Counted from the first letter of the stretch, positions 39,510 through 53,777 are shown. The stretch is DNA of 64,000 bases from Octopus vulgaris (GCA_951406725.2 OX597826.1:42842001-42906000), one strand, 5' to 3'. Program-made: numbers and translations. The notes: generated from the sequence alone by a model not told the origin.

Positions 39510-41374
39510 CTGAAAAAGGAAAAAAAAAAAAAAAAAGAAACATATATAATATACCGAAGAAAAATTTAACAAATTTTTTTAATGATATCAAAAGATAAAA
39601 GTAAAATTTTCTCCAAAACTTGGATTAGCCACTGCAGTTTTGCAGTGGCTCATCAGAATTTGTTGTTAATCTCTAATCCAAATTATATTTTTTTAATAAA
39701 GGTGATTACAAATTTGAAGCTAAATAATAAAATTATAAATATGAATCATCAAAGGTATAAAAGTTCTTTAAATAGTAACAGTACAAAAATACAAAATACA
39801 TAAATAAATCTAATAAGATAGTTAAAGTGTTTCTTCATATCTAAAACATTTGTAGAAATTAGTAATGATTGATGAAAAGGAAAATTTGTTTGTTTTTAAA
39901 AGACTACTCCTGCAGAAGCTAGCTGTAATTTCAGGTGCATAATTAAGTCCTGTTAAGCTTTTGGTGTGAACAAACCAAACTTATCATTTAGTAAAAGAAC
40001 TAATATGAAGAAGGCTTGGGCAACAAAAGCAGGATGTAAAGATAACATCAGTGGAAGAATTTGCTGTTATTTTATTACTGAAGAATATTTTATTTTCGAA
40101 GTGTATGTGAGTGAAAAGCTAAGCATCCTACAGATCAACTGACAAGAGTCTGTTGTTTCTTATTCTTATAATAATAATAATATCAGGGGAAGTTAAGGCA
40201 GTGAGCTGGCAGAATCATTAGCATGCTGGGCAAAATGCTTAGCAGCATTTTATCTTTCTTTATGTTCCGAGTTCAGATTCTGTTGAGACTGACTTTGCCT
40301 CTCATCCTTTCGGGGTCAAGTACATCGACTTATCCCCTCCTCCCTCCTGTAAGACTGAATTAAGTGCCTTGTGGTATTTGTTCTGGCTCTATGCATTCTA
40401 GGCTCAAAACTACCATACCCTACTTGAGTGATAATCTCAATCTCTCACTCAGTTTAACACCACCACCAAACACTATGTCCACTCTGTTTCAAGCATTTGG
40501 GAGCAGGTCTCTGCTTCGAGGGAACCTTTCTCTTCCGTTCCCTCTCACCAGTCTTGGAGACTCTGTAAAAGGCCAGGGACACTGCCTAACCTCCTGACTT
40601 AAAAGAAAAAAAAAAATAATACAAGAAATTTAATTGAAGTTAATTGAACGAGGACCAGACCAACAAAGCAGTCACTCAACTTGCTAGATATAGTAGTCAT
40701 CTCTTGGAAAAACCATTATATCATCTAAAAAGCAAAATGGAATATAAGGGATATTACATTTCCAATTTCCTGCACACAAGACATATGGCTGGAATGCCTT
40801 TGATCATGGGTCTCCTTCATCAGGACTTACCCGTTGTTAGGCAACAACAGCCTCAAATCAATGGGGGAACTTTCTACATGGTCACTCAACTCACAAGAAA
40901 CGGTAGCAAAATTTCCCTCAAATTACACCCTACCATCAAAAAGGTGGAAAGCATCCATTACATAATGTAGTTCAAGATATGCTATGTCTGGAAAACAAAT
41001 GGTTGGTCATGGATGGAATATCTTTGATAACAGCAAACAAAGAGCTAATTGATGGCTGTCACAAAAAAACAGAGGGTGATGCAATTCAGAGCCAGTGTGT
41101 TTGAACCAAACGTGTCAGGAAGGGTACCAGACTGTAAAACATCACCTCAATAATAGATTCCTCTAACTCATGCCAACACAGAAAGTAAAAACGGAAGTAA
41201 AGACAAATTAGTGAACAAATGAACATCAATGAATTAATGTTGAAACTGCCATGCTCTCAGTCTTGTGTAGTGTGTGTGTGTCCGTGTGTCCCCGAACAAA
41301 CACAGAAAATATCAGTGAGTAGACAACACTTAACAAGCTGTATGTGTCTAACATTTATAGTCACAGTAGCTGAA

Positions 41375-41406
<32 letters not shown>

Positions 41407-41695
41407 CTGTGTGTAATGAAAGACCAGACGCAAAGGTACTTATAGATTTCCAATTTCCTCCTCTGATACACTTCTATGGTTCCATTTCTTTAAATATTAT
41501 CACCATTAAGTTGATCCTTTAATTGAATGACTCTATATATTCGAGATGACATAAATAAACCGAGTTCAATGTAACGAAAAAAAAAAAAGAAAAAGAAAAA
41601 AAAACAAAAAAAAAATAATACCTGTTAAAAGGTATCCACATAAATTGTTAAAGAAAGTCATCAAAACATAACAATAGGCAATAACTGTAAAATAC

Positions 41696-41946
41696 CTTTT
41701 ACTGTTGGATGGTAAATAAATTTGTTGTATGATTTCTGATTAAACTTCGGCTTGTTATCATTTCTGTCTCGCACATTAACTGTCACTGCAGCTGTTGCTG
41801 TTCTTGGAGTGTAGCCAGCGTCTTCGGCTACCACAAAGAACTTATATTGGTCTTGTTTTTCTCGATCAAATGATGCAGTTGCCATAATTGTTCCCCTTGC
41901 TGGATCAATAGTAAACTTGCCGTCCAAGTCGGATATCAGAGAATAT
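41696..41946 (-). CDS. FAT4: Fat-like cadherin exon 5
   Basis: cag acceptor, gtatt donor; YSLISDLDGKFTID...FDRE...DRNDNKPKF...PTVK(G); 251 nt, phase 2 to 1. Confidence 0.93.
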
Positions 41947-44900
41947 CTGCAATGAAATAGAAGTCGTTAGTTTAATTTCAAGAGGACATTAAAACAAGAA
42001 AGAGCTATAACGACGACGGTGGACTCGACAGATTAGGGTTCTGAAATTTCTTGCTGAACAACCTGCACAGATAATTTGGTTTTGGTGATCAAATGTTTCT
42101 ACTGCCCATTTCCTTCATCAAATTATTTCATGTACAGATGCATGGTGTGCCACATGGTAGATGTTGAAGTGATTACAAAGCAACATGAAATAAAAAGTCT
42201 TTTGCTTAAAAACACAATGCACTACACCCAGTCTAGGAATTGAAACCACGATTCTGTTATTGTGAATGCAACACCTTAACCACTAAGCCATGTGACCTCA
42301 CCTGCACAACAACAACAACAACAACAATATATTTTGAGCTGCTGTTATGTAACTTGTATTGGTTAATGCTGCATAACCACTCATCAAAACCATTTCAAGG
42401 AATCTAAATCAGAAATAGTTGGTGTACACTAAAAACCTGATCAATATGTGAATCTCAAAAACCAAGACAGCAAGCAACCAGAATTGTTAGCACATCAAAC
42501 AAAATGCTTAGTGACATTTCTTCTGGTTTTATGTTGCAGGTTCAAATGTCACTGAGGTCAACTTCCAGGGTTCAAATGTCATTGAGGTCAAATTTCAGAG
42601 TTGATAAAATAAAGTGCCAGTCAAGTAGTGGGTGGGATTAAGGGGAGATTAATGTAACTGACTTTCCCCACTTCTAAAAACTACTGGCCTTTTGCTAAAA
42701 TTATTATTATTATGGTAATAAGATGGCAAAATCATTAAAGAGTTGGACAAAATGTGGCATTTTTTCAAGCTGTTTACATTCTGTGTTCGGCTTGACTTTT
42801 CATCCTTCTGGGGTCAGTACCAGTCAAATATTGGAGATCAATGGTAGCAGCCAACCTTCACTCCTCAAAATTGCCTTTCATCCTTTTGGGAGTTAATAAA
42901 ATAACTACCAGTTAAGCACTGGGGTCGATGTAATCGGCTTAGCCCATTCTCCTAAAATTGTTAGCCTTGTGCCAAAATTTGAAACCATTATTATTATTAT
43001 TAATATTATTATTGAGTGAGAGAACAGTTCATGCCATCAGAGTGACACTGGGGTAAAATATACGAAGCCCAGTATACCCATTATGACTACCCATCTGATA
43101 AGGGTACACTAGGCAAATGCATCACAACCATATGTGCGCAACATGGTGATCTCATATCAAGATACACAGCACATGACCTTGCAGGTGGGGTTCAGTTAGA
43201 ATTTTCTTCTGGTCGAGTAATCCATCCTGCTCAAAAGGTCTCTGAATAAGGGTTGTTTAAAGATGTTGAACTAAATACCCATGTTTCCAGAGGTGAATTA
43301 TTCAAACCCCAAAGAATCCCTTTCAACACATGGCTATGATGCTTCCCCCACTACTTCTGCTCATGATCAGAGATGCACATATCATCAGCCAATAAGGAAC
43401 ATGCTCAACTAGTTAAGGTCAAACAACTGACAAGCAAATTCTGTGGTATTGAGCAGAATATTTGCTGTAGCCCATTTTTTATACCAAGACAAAACAATGT
43501 ACATGATAATTGTTCGTTTGTTTTCCACCTGCCTTCGTCTTTTGTTTATTTTCATAAAGCTTCCCGTTACATGATAACACTTCCACTCAGTTAAGATCAG
43601 AAGCCATGAGAGCCACTGCCTGGTACTGGATCAGGGCATTTATTATTATTATTATTATTATTGAGAAAAGCTGGCAGAATTGTTAACATGCTGGGCAAAA
43701 TACTTAGCAGAATTTTACCCGTCTTTACATTCTGATTTCAAATTCTGCCGAGGTCGATTTTGCTTTCCATCCTTTCAAAGTTGCTAAATCAAGTACCACT
43801 TGATTCTAACCATTTTTTTTGCTTCATAGTAGAAAGGATTATTAATATTATTATTATTTAATGTTTCTTCTTTCATCAATAAATAAATCTTTTAGTCTGA
43901 AATAACACAACGTTTTTATTATTCACCAAGCTTGACTTTGCCTTTCATTCTTTTCAGGTTCGATAAATTAAGTACCAGTGAAACACTGGGGTCGATGTCA
44001 TCTACTAGTCCCCTACCCCAAAATTTCAAGCCTTGTGCCTTTAGTAGAAAGGATTATTATTATTATTTCATGTTTCTTCTTTCATCAATAAATAAATCTT
44101 TTAGTCTAAAATGACACAATGTTTTTATTATTATTACTATTATTATTATTATTATTATTACTATTGACTATAATAAATACTATTTATTATCAGTTTGATT
44201 TAGACAGTATTCTTTTTATAAAACATAAAACAAACATCAAGAGGTAAAAAAAAAACAGACATAAAAAAACAAAACAAACTTCAACAAAACAAAAAAAACT
44301 GAAACCCACAGATATTTTCAATGTTCTCCAAGTGTGATAAAATGAAAGTAAATCAATGATTATGTTTTCTAATGAAGACTTATTAATGTCAGCACTAATT
44401 TTAATCCAAACCACTAGCAATTTCTTGGTTTTCTGCAGGTAGATTAATCATGAGACAATAATAAGTTTCCAACTGAGATTATATAATCTCATTTAAGGTG
44501 GCTTTTGTTTCTTCTTTTTCTCTTTCTTTTTTCCTATATATAAATTCAGCTTTGTCATGTCGATTCTGTAATCAACTTTATTTTTCATTTCTATCCAGTC
44601 TGCAGCCGCTGAAGACAATTTCGAACTTACTATCTTAATTTATTTGTTGGTTTTTATACAAGTTTCTTTTGGTCAAATCATAAAGAAGAACTTAGCTAAG
44701 CTTTCAATTTTTTTTTTTAATAAAAAAAACTCGCCTATAAGATAAGTCGTTGTAATTCTTTAGAATGTAAGATTTGAATTAAGACTAATGCAGACATTAT
44801 TTCTGGGTAGATGCTATAGAAAAGGAGGGATTCTGGTCACATCTGAAGATTTAAAAATGTTCAAGCACAAAAAAAAAAAAAAATCAAAAGAACTTTTATC

Positions 44901-45961
44901 TATGTAAGACTGTTGAATAAATACCAGCATAAATTCTTATTCCACAATATAATGTCATAAGTTTTCTATGAAAATTCTTCAATATAACTTTTCTATATAA
45001 ATTCTTTCTTATGATGATGGTATAAATTTCCAGTTTAAATTCTTCACTCCATCTTCACTCACCCTCTCTTCTAAAATGTGAGTGGTTATGTAGCTCCTCT
45101 ATTTCGATTGTTTTCTCTTATATTTTACCACTATCTACTTCTTGTTCACCTAGCATACAGTTGCCCCACCTCCTCATCACTTGGGGTTTGTAGTCTTGAA
45201 AGCTGCATAATGAATGGCCTCACTGGTGCTGATGGCACAAAATAAAAAGCATCAAGTAGAAGCAGCTATAAAGCAGTTGGCATTAGGAAGGGTATCCAGC
45301 CACACAAACCTTAAGAAATTAAGGCGGCACACTGGCAGAAACGCTAGCATGCCAGGCGAAATGCTTAGCGGTATTTCGTCTGCTGTTATGTTTTGAGTTC
45401 AAATTCTGCCGAGGCCAACTTTGCCTTTCATCCATTCGGGGTCGATAAATTAAGTACCAGTTATGCACTGGGGTCGATCTAATCGACTCAATCCCTTTGT
45501 CTGTCCCCTCTATGTTTAGCCCCTTGTGGGCAATAAAGAAATAAGAAACCTTAACAAAGCAGCCACAGGAGCACAATACAGTCTTTGGATCCTGTTAAAG
45601 ACCATGCCAACCCATGCCAACATGGAATATGGATGTTAAATGATGATGATGAGGGATTGTTATAACTTTTCTATATAAATTCTTCACTATGGTAGTGTTT
45701 AAAATTTGTGCATGTACATTCTTCCTCATGATGTTGTATAAAACTTTCCAATATGTCAAGGAATTGTAATAGAAATCTATGAATTCTTTTCAGTTTTGGA
45801 ATAAAATATTCTATTAACCTATTAACATGTGAAGGTGTGTTTCCTAGTTGTTAGCAGCATAGAACTCACGATTATAAGTTTATGAGTTCAATTCTTGGTC
45901 TGGGACATGTACTGTATCTTTTGAGCAATGCACTTCATTTCATGGTACTCCAGTTCAATCA

Positions 45962-46031
45962 GCTGCTGGTACAACCCTCACTCTGGCTGCTGGTACAACC
46001 CTCAATCTGGCTGCTGGTACAACCCTCACTC
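45962..46031. repeat. 24-bp minisatellite, about 3 copies
   Basis: gctgctggtacaaccctca(c/a)tctg repeated. Confidence 0.9.
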
Positions 46032-46348
46032 CCTCTAGGAGATTGTGGAGTATCATCAACTTCATCACCATCGTTTTAGGCTCGTTTCTTTCCTGCCAAG
46101 CTTATTGTTTAAACCATATTTGTGTTCTCCCAGTCTTTGGTTGCATATTTGTGTGAATAAAATTGTTTTTCTTTGGAATAGAAAAAAAGTCTATCGTTAT
46201 TTCTTCTTTTGCTGGTGTCCCAAATTAAGGTTAAATCAGTGTTTCTCAAAGGGGAGGCCTATGGGACAGTCAGACAAGTTGTTTTGAGAAAATTTGGTTT
46301 AAATGTTTCACAACTCAGCACCGTCCATAGGACAGGGGGCATTTTGCT

Positions 46349-46394
<46 letters not shown>

Positions 46395-48060
46395 GTAGTA
46401 ATAATTCCTTAGAATTTTGTAATTCACTTTTCTTCCATACAGATATTCATTGAGATTTGATAACCCTTCTGAGACCCCTGGTTCTATGACACGCAATTAC
46501 TGTTTTAAGGTGATCTAAATTAAAATCTTTCATCAAAATTTCATGTTAATTTATGCTACAAAATTCAATACAAAATTAATTGAAACAAATGCAGAGTATC
46601 TCAGTAGAAATAGGGTAACAAAAAAGGTTAAAGCATTCCAAATGAAATGCCGTTAATGTATAATGTATACTCAATTCTTGCTGTACTCTTTGTAACTAGT
46701 GGCTCCTGGGCAGGATAATTAATATTAAGAGACCAAATTGAAGAAAATATTTAATATTGTCTGAAAATGTTGCAGTGATAGATTGGGTATCTTATTCAAA
46801 GGGAAATTATCTGTTAAATGTGACAGTTCAAAGCTAGGTATCACCCTTACATGAAATCCTGTGACTCTTATTTCATAAAATTATTTAATATTTCTGTTTG
46901 CTTATTTCATACTAAAGGATTTATTTATCATTTTTACTTATTGATAAAAGAAGAAATATGAATTAATTTCAGGAAGGAATATCACAAAACAGCTTCATCC
47001 AAGTGTCAAATAGCATTTGTCAGAGCCACCTGACTGGCTCCTGTGCTAAAGGCACATAAAAAGCACCACTCAAGCATGGTTGTTGCCAGTTCCACCAAAC
47101 TGGCCTCTGTGCCGGTGCTATGTAAAAAGCACCCACTACACTCTCAGAGTGGTTGGTGTTAGGAAAGGCATCAAGCTGTAGAAATCTTGCTAAATCAGAT
47201 TGGAGCCTGGTGCAGCCTCCTGGCTTGCCAGTCCTCAGTCAAACCGTCCAACCCATGCCAGCATGGAAAGCGGACGTTAAACGATGATAATGATGATGAT
47301 CTTGACACATTTGATTGAACTCATTTAAGAAAAATATACCTTGTGTATTATAACTACTGTGTTTGATCAAACACATTCTATAGATTTATGTAACTTATAA
47401 AATGAACTATTTCTGAACTGCATTATTTCAGTTGAATGAAATATTAACATATCAAGGAAAGCACAGTATTTCTGCTCTTGAACAGTGTCTTGAAGCATTC
47501 TCACCATCAAGATATATATTATCAGTCTAGTCAGTTAATGCTGTAGTTATCTTAAGGGATCATATCTATGGATCTTTACTAAAAAAAAAAAAAAAAAAAA
47601 AAGAAATCATGGTATGCTAATCTAGGAGAGATAACAAAACACAAGAAGAATATGACAAAATCCAAAGTGAAATTGGGAATTATGCTCATAAATATTTGTT
47701 GATAATTGTTATAAAAAATGGCAATTTATAAATATTTGGCAATTTTATTACGATGTAATTACTAAGGTTCTTTGGAACAACAACAAGGCATCTAAAAGTT
47801 TCTATTTCTTCCCACCTTATAAAATCTAAATCCTCCTGGCTCTTATGTTAGACACCAAATGAAAATGACTAATGGATTATTGCCCTTGATATGATTTGGA
47901 ATTAACTGTTTAGAAAAATTCATTAACAAAATTTATTCTGATTTTCTAAGTATTTGCATGTTTGTGGAGGAAAATCAACATATATCAGTTGCACCTAAGT
48001 TTTTTTCAGTTAAAATCAAGATTAAAGCAGTGCAACTTATGCAGGAGTAAAGACAGATTA

Positions 48061-48388
48061 ATATCTGTCTAACACCTGTGGACATGTTTACAAAGTCAGA
48101 AAACAGCACAGCTCCCATGACTTTCGGAAACATTTTTTCACGCTAAGAGTTGCTGAAGCATGGAACAAACTGCCGGCATCAGTTGTTAGTTGTCGGAGCA
48201 CTGCATTCTTCAAAACTTCCATGCTTCCTGAGATTCGCCAACACTACACCTGATTTTCTCCCCTCCATAGACACACAAGCATGTATCTGACTCATACAGT
48301 GTTCACTTTCTAGACATTTGTATATTACTACATATGCTTTATGCGCACTTTTGACAAGTTGTGGTGCACCTGAGCACTGTATACAATA
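48061..48388 (+). mobile_element. 3' end of a CR1-clade LINE (ORF2 C-terminus plus 3' UTR)
   Basis: NTCGHVYKVRKQHSSHDFRKHFFTLRVAEAWNKLPASVV...* fits the TRGH..K...R..FF..RV...WN.LP..VV ending of CR1-type ORF2; it is fused to a headless SINE at about 48390. Confidence 0.8.
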
Positions 48389-48633
48389 TTTAGCGGTATT
48401 TCGTCTGTCGTTACGTTCTGAGTTCAAATTCCGCCGAGGTCAACTTTGCCTTTCATCCTTTCGGGGTTGATAAATAAAGTACCAGTTTCGCACTGGGCTC
48501 GATGTAATCGACTTAATCCCTTTGTCTGTCCTTGTTTGTTCCCTCTGTTTAGCCCCTTATGGGTAATAAAGAAATATATTATTATTATTATAAGAAAAGA
48601 ACAAAGACATTATGAGTAAACCTGAAAGCTCAC

Positions 48634-48814
48634 CTGATCAAGGCATTAATTCCTTCGTCTTTGTCTGAAGCTTTCACAGTCACAATAGAAGAGTTTCCAT
48701 GTTGATTCTCATCAATGTAACCCACATAGTGTGGCTGCAGGAAAACAGGGGTGTTATCATTTATATCTTGTACTTCAATGTTCACAGTACCAGTACCAGT
48801 CAATGGAGGAGACC
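48634..48814 (-). CDS. FAT4: Fat-like cadherin exon 4
   Basis: cag acceptor, gtgagc donor; (G)SPPLTGTGTVNIEVQDINDNTPVF...DKDEGINALI(R); 181 nt, phase 1 to 2. Confidence 0.93.
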
Positions 48815-50524
48815 CTGGGATAAACAAGAGATAAGCGTGATTAATTTATAACCTAACCTCTTTCATTAGCACACTCATTATTATACATTTAACATATAAC
48901 TCATTAGCATGATCATACATTGTGGTCTGAGATTGACAACTACTGGTTTCCCGGTTTCTCTGGTGTATATATTTCTCCCTGGATGGGATGCTAGTCCATT
49001 ACAGGATTACTTATTTTTACTACCTGAATGGACTGGAGCAACGTAAAATGAAGTGTTTTGCTCAAGAACACAAAACATTGCTCAATCCAGAAATTGAAAC
49101 CACAATCTTATGAACATGAGTCCAACACCCTAACCACTACACCATGTACAACTGGTTAACAAATATTTGTATATTTGTTTATGTTTAACATCCACTTGTC
49201 TATACTGGCATTGGTTGGATGGGTGCTTACTTGAAGCAGTAAGCAGTATTTTTACATCTGGATGCTCTTCCTGTCACCAACTCTTTCTTGCTTTACAAAT
49301 ACAAGAGTTTTTATTCTATTATTTTGAAATTATGTTATGTACACCAAAATGTAAATACAACAACACTATTTTCTTTTTTTTCTCTTCTCTCATGTGTCAT
49401 GAAATGCCAACCTTCACACACACACACACACACACAAGGTTAAAGAACCCCTTTCAGTCATGAATGACCATGGGATTACACCTAGAAAGTTACCCTCAGG
49501 GGTAAAAAGTTCAGTTGCTTATGGAAGACTAGTAGTCACCCATGCATACCAGCCACCCTTCGCCACACCACAAATATTACCCAAGGGAAAGGCAGAGGTC
49601 AATACAGCAGGGCACCAATGACGTCGCAACTCATTTCTACAGCTGAGTGAACTGGAGCAACATGAAATAAAGTGTCTTGCTCAAGAACACAACATGTAGT
49701 CCAGTTTGAGAATCAAACTCACTACTTCATGATTGTGAGGCTGACACTCTTATCACTGAGCCATAGTGGTAAGTATCAACACCTACCATGTGGGAGACCA
49801 AGGTTCAATTCCCCACTGGGGAGGTTAATACACACCCACCCACACACATACATCAAGCTCTCATACAGTTTCTGTCCAATCTCACTCATATGACACTGGT
49901 CAGCCCAAGGATGGAGTAAAAGATAGTGGGACTAAACCTGAGACCAATATGACACTTGAAAAATGTATAAAAATTTGTAAACTAATAGATATTTATTTTT
50001 CCAAATTTGAAGTATATTCTTATATTGTTTTATGGGTTCCATCACTGAGCTGCGGCCATGCTGGGGTTTCACTCTTAAAGTATGTGCATACATATATATA
50101 TATGTGCGGTGTGTGTAATCATTGTTATGATATCTAATATTCCTTGCTAGTATGGGTCAGATGAAACTTACTGAAATAACATTTCTATGGCTGGATGATT
50201 TTGTTGTGGGCACATGATCTTCCCACTTGTTTCCCCTAGTCCTTTAAAGCAATGAAAAGCTCAATGGCTCTCAAATGGCTGGAGATGCTTTCACAGTAGA
50301 TTATAAACAAAGACATCATCCCATAAGCACTGATATTGTTTTTACACAGCATGGAAACAACATCAAGACAATGGAAAGTCTCTCTCTCTCTTTCTCTCTT
50401 ACAAACACAACAAACAAACACACACACATGCACACTATAGGAAACCCATTGCATGAGAGTAGACATGTAGCTTCTTAATAGCAAGAAACCTTCTGGCACA
50501 CAGAAACATCATTAAGGTTCTTAC

Positions 50525-50973
50525 CTGAATCGGTAGCTATAACAGTGAGTCTATAGGTAGATTGAACTTCTCGATCAAGTTTTCGACTAGCAGTTATTTC
50601 TCCTGAGCTTGAATTAATATGAAAAATATTTCGGTCACCATCACGGAAAGCGTACGTTATCCGGCTGTACAAATGTGAATCATCATCTCTTGCTGACAAT
50701 GTGGTAACGTGGACGGGCAACTTCTCCATATTCTCTTGGACATAAGCTAGAAAAGGCGAATCGACAAACACTGGAGCATTATCGTTAATGTCAACTATGG
50801 AGATATAAACAGCTGCCGTGTCATTACGGGCTTCGACCCCATTATCTTCACATTGAATGATAATGTGGTAAGACTTCTTCCGTTCGTAATCCAATTGTTT
50901 CTGTATTCGCAACAAGCCACTGCTCTGATCGAGACTGAAATCTTGGTTATCGTCGCCTTCAATGATAAAGTAC
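50525..50973 (-). CDS. FAT4: Fat-like cadherin exon 3 (cadherin repeats)
   Basis: tag acceptor, gtaag donor; YFIIEGDDNQDF...LDYE...DINDNAPVF...LDRE...ATDS(G); 449 nt, phase 2 to 1. Confidence 0.94.
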
Positions 50974-53321
50974 CTAAACAAGAAGACGAGATTGAATCAC
51001 GTTAATAAACAGAAGTGGGTGAATGGGGTGAAGGAGTTGTTTGATGTTTTTGTTGGTAAAGATCAGGAATTATATAATTTACTGTTGCTTCATCAATCAA
51101 CTACATAAGAGAAATACAATGCTGAAACATGAAAGGTGGTGGTGGTGGTGGTGTTGATGGTGGGGCTGCTAGTGATATTGGTGTAAATTTTTGTTTGTTT
51201 ATTTATTCATTTATTTCTTCGATTAGCAATGCAATAATCAATACGTTTGATTCTAAATAAAACTAGAAATAGGTATTAGAAGAGATGATGATGATTTTTT
51301 AAAATTTTATTTTTATAATCTTAATAATAATAATAATAATAATAATAGTATTTTATAATTTTTTTATAATCTTAATAATAATAATAATAATGATGAGAAG
51401 AAGAAGAGAGTTAAACAACAACAGCATTATATGTCAACAAAACAATATTGAAAAGTTCCTGAATGTTGCCATTGAAACAAATTACTGAAGAATTTTTAAA
51501 AGATAATCTTACCACCCTACCCACCCCTACCACCCACACATTACCATCTGAGCTCAATTGATTTCGTTAATATCTGTTCTGAAATGTTTGAGTTTAGTGA
51601 GTGGAAAAGCTTTATGAAATCTGTTCTACTTAATAAACTGAAGCTATAACAGCAGCAAATCGTTATCGAGGACGACTCTAAGTCAATGTGGCAGAGAGTA
51701 CATAGTGGCTGCACATACAGAAGAAGGAGATTGCAGAGTATCATCATCTTCATCACCATCGTTTCAGGCCCGTTTTCCATTTTGGTATAAGTTGGATGAG
51801 TCATTATGGTCTAAGCCGATACTTAGGCAAAGAGTTACTATAGCCCACCTAGACAGATTAAAGGATCAAGTGTCACTCATACTTCTTATTTCTGCTATGG
51901 CTTCTATGGACTGATGTTATTCCTAATTCTAAGAATTAACATCATCCTTCAATGTTAGTTTTCCATGATGGGTAAGGGTGATTAGGTGATGGTTTAGGGC
52001 TTAGGGGTGGGAGACCCCAGACCTTGGAAAAAAAAAAAAAAATTTGGTCGTCTTGTTGTAGTCGAGGGCTCTTCATTGATGCCCGACACCACTGGGAGAT
52101 GGCCCTCGAAGTAGCTGGAAATGGAGATCTCAAGGTCCAAATTCTTGAACGGCAGTCTTCCATGCTGGCCATGTCCATAAGGAAAGGCAAAAGAGGTCTG
52201 TGGACTATGGTGTCTTTCCTCATTCATAAAGCACTTTACAGAATGTAGAAGGTATCGTCTACTAAGGATCTACCACTAGACAGTCGTCATGTCCTCAAGA
52301 CAGGGCAACAGTGTTCTCTTAACAATACACTGTGTCTGCTTAGTCATCACCAGAATGTACTAGGTCACTTTTATCATGGCAGTACCACTACAAAAGTTGT
52401 CTTGTCTTCAACAAAACAAAACAAAAGTGTCCTCTGGATCCTATGCTGCTCTTGCTCATTCATCGCCATCTTGAAAACCACGGTGCTACCACTAAAAAGG
52501 TTGTCTTATCTTTGACAAGATAAGATTAAAGAGTCCTCCTGGATCTACAATGTATGTGAAAAAACTGGTACAGATGAGACGGTTTCCATAAGAACAGGTT
52601 CTGGATACTTTTTGACTGCTAATTACTCAACCAAAAAGTAACGGTTGAAAGTCGTTTCATATCAATTAGCTAAATTAGAGCAAAAATAATTACATGCTCT
52701 GCTCATTGATGCACACAACACAATGGCTATATTAATAAGAGTTGAACTGGTGACCATGTAATCAATACTGCAGTACCTGAATCTCACAACCACACATAAT
52801 TATAAGGTACATGTATAATGTGTGCATCTCTGTTCATAAGTTACACAGACAGATTTCTTCTTCTTGTGAGCCAACTGAGATATGTTTCACAATGCTGCAC
52901 CTGATATCTCTGTCCCCCTTTGGCTTTGATATATCCTGAATTTCATGCATATTTCTGTCAATAATATCAATATAGTTGAAGGAACTTTGTCCTCTGTTAG
53001 GATGTGGAAGACTCCAAAATATCACATCTCATATGGCCTGTTGGTGAACTTAATAGCAGTGGCCAGTAAGGCCCTACCCTACATTGAACAACAATGACAG
53101 ATAGACAAATTATGACACTTTCTTATTCAACAAAGCTAAAATAAATGAATTATTTTAACTTCTCATCTCCTAGCATAAAACTGTTGCCCTCTTAATTGTA
53201 ACCTCATTCAGTTGAAGGGGATCTGAGTCACATGAGCAGCATGGTAACCTCACTATTGATGGCTCCATGAAAATAAAAAAAAAAGCAACCACTATATTTT
53301 GTAAAGTGGAAAAAAGCATCC

Positions 53322-53553
53322 GTTTCTTTATTACCCACAAGGAGCTAAACATAGAGGGGACAAACAAGGACGGACAAACGGATTAAGTCGATTACATCGA
53401 CCCCAGTGCGTAACTGGTACTTAATTTGTCGACCCCGAAAGGATGAAAGGCAAAGTGGACCTGGGCGGAATTTGAACTCAGAACGTAACGGCAGACGGAA
53501 TATGGCTACGCATTTCGCCCGCTGTGCTAACGATTCTGCCAGCTCGCCGCCTT
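53322..53553 (-). mobile_element. SINE family A copy
   Basis: Reverse-complement copy with 15-bp TSD tggaaaaaagcatcc. Confidence 0.85.
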
Positions 53554-53777
53554 TGGAAAAAAGCATCCACTACTCTTTGGCGTTAGGAAGAGCATCCAGC
53601 TGTAGAAACCATGCCATAGCAGACACTGGAACTGGATGCAGTCATTATCCTATCAAAGCACCAAAATAATGTCAACAGGAAAGATGGACATTAAAAGAAA
53701 TTGATAATGACGAAGATGATAATTTCTAACTTAAAAAAAAAAAGGTTAAGAAACAGCAAACTTTAAGCAATACTCAC

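Noticed and set aside
44600-44670. CTGAAGA as a possible hammerhead core (also CTGAGGA at about 223 and CAGATGA on the minus strand at about 19965)
   Set aside because: No convincing stem II followed by GAAA and GUH could be built.
46237-46480. Possible hAT MITE (cagtgtttctca...tgagacccctg)
   Set aside because: The TIR is short and no matching 8-bp TSD is visible.
51930-52560. Higher-GC block with ORFs of 74-93 aa, possibly a LINE 3' end
   Set aside because: No motif could be recognised with enough confidence to assign a family or a gene.
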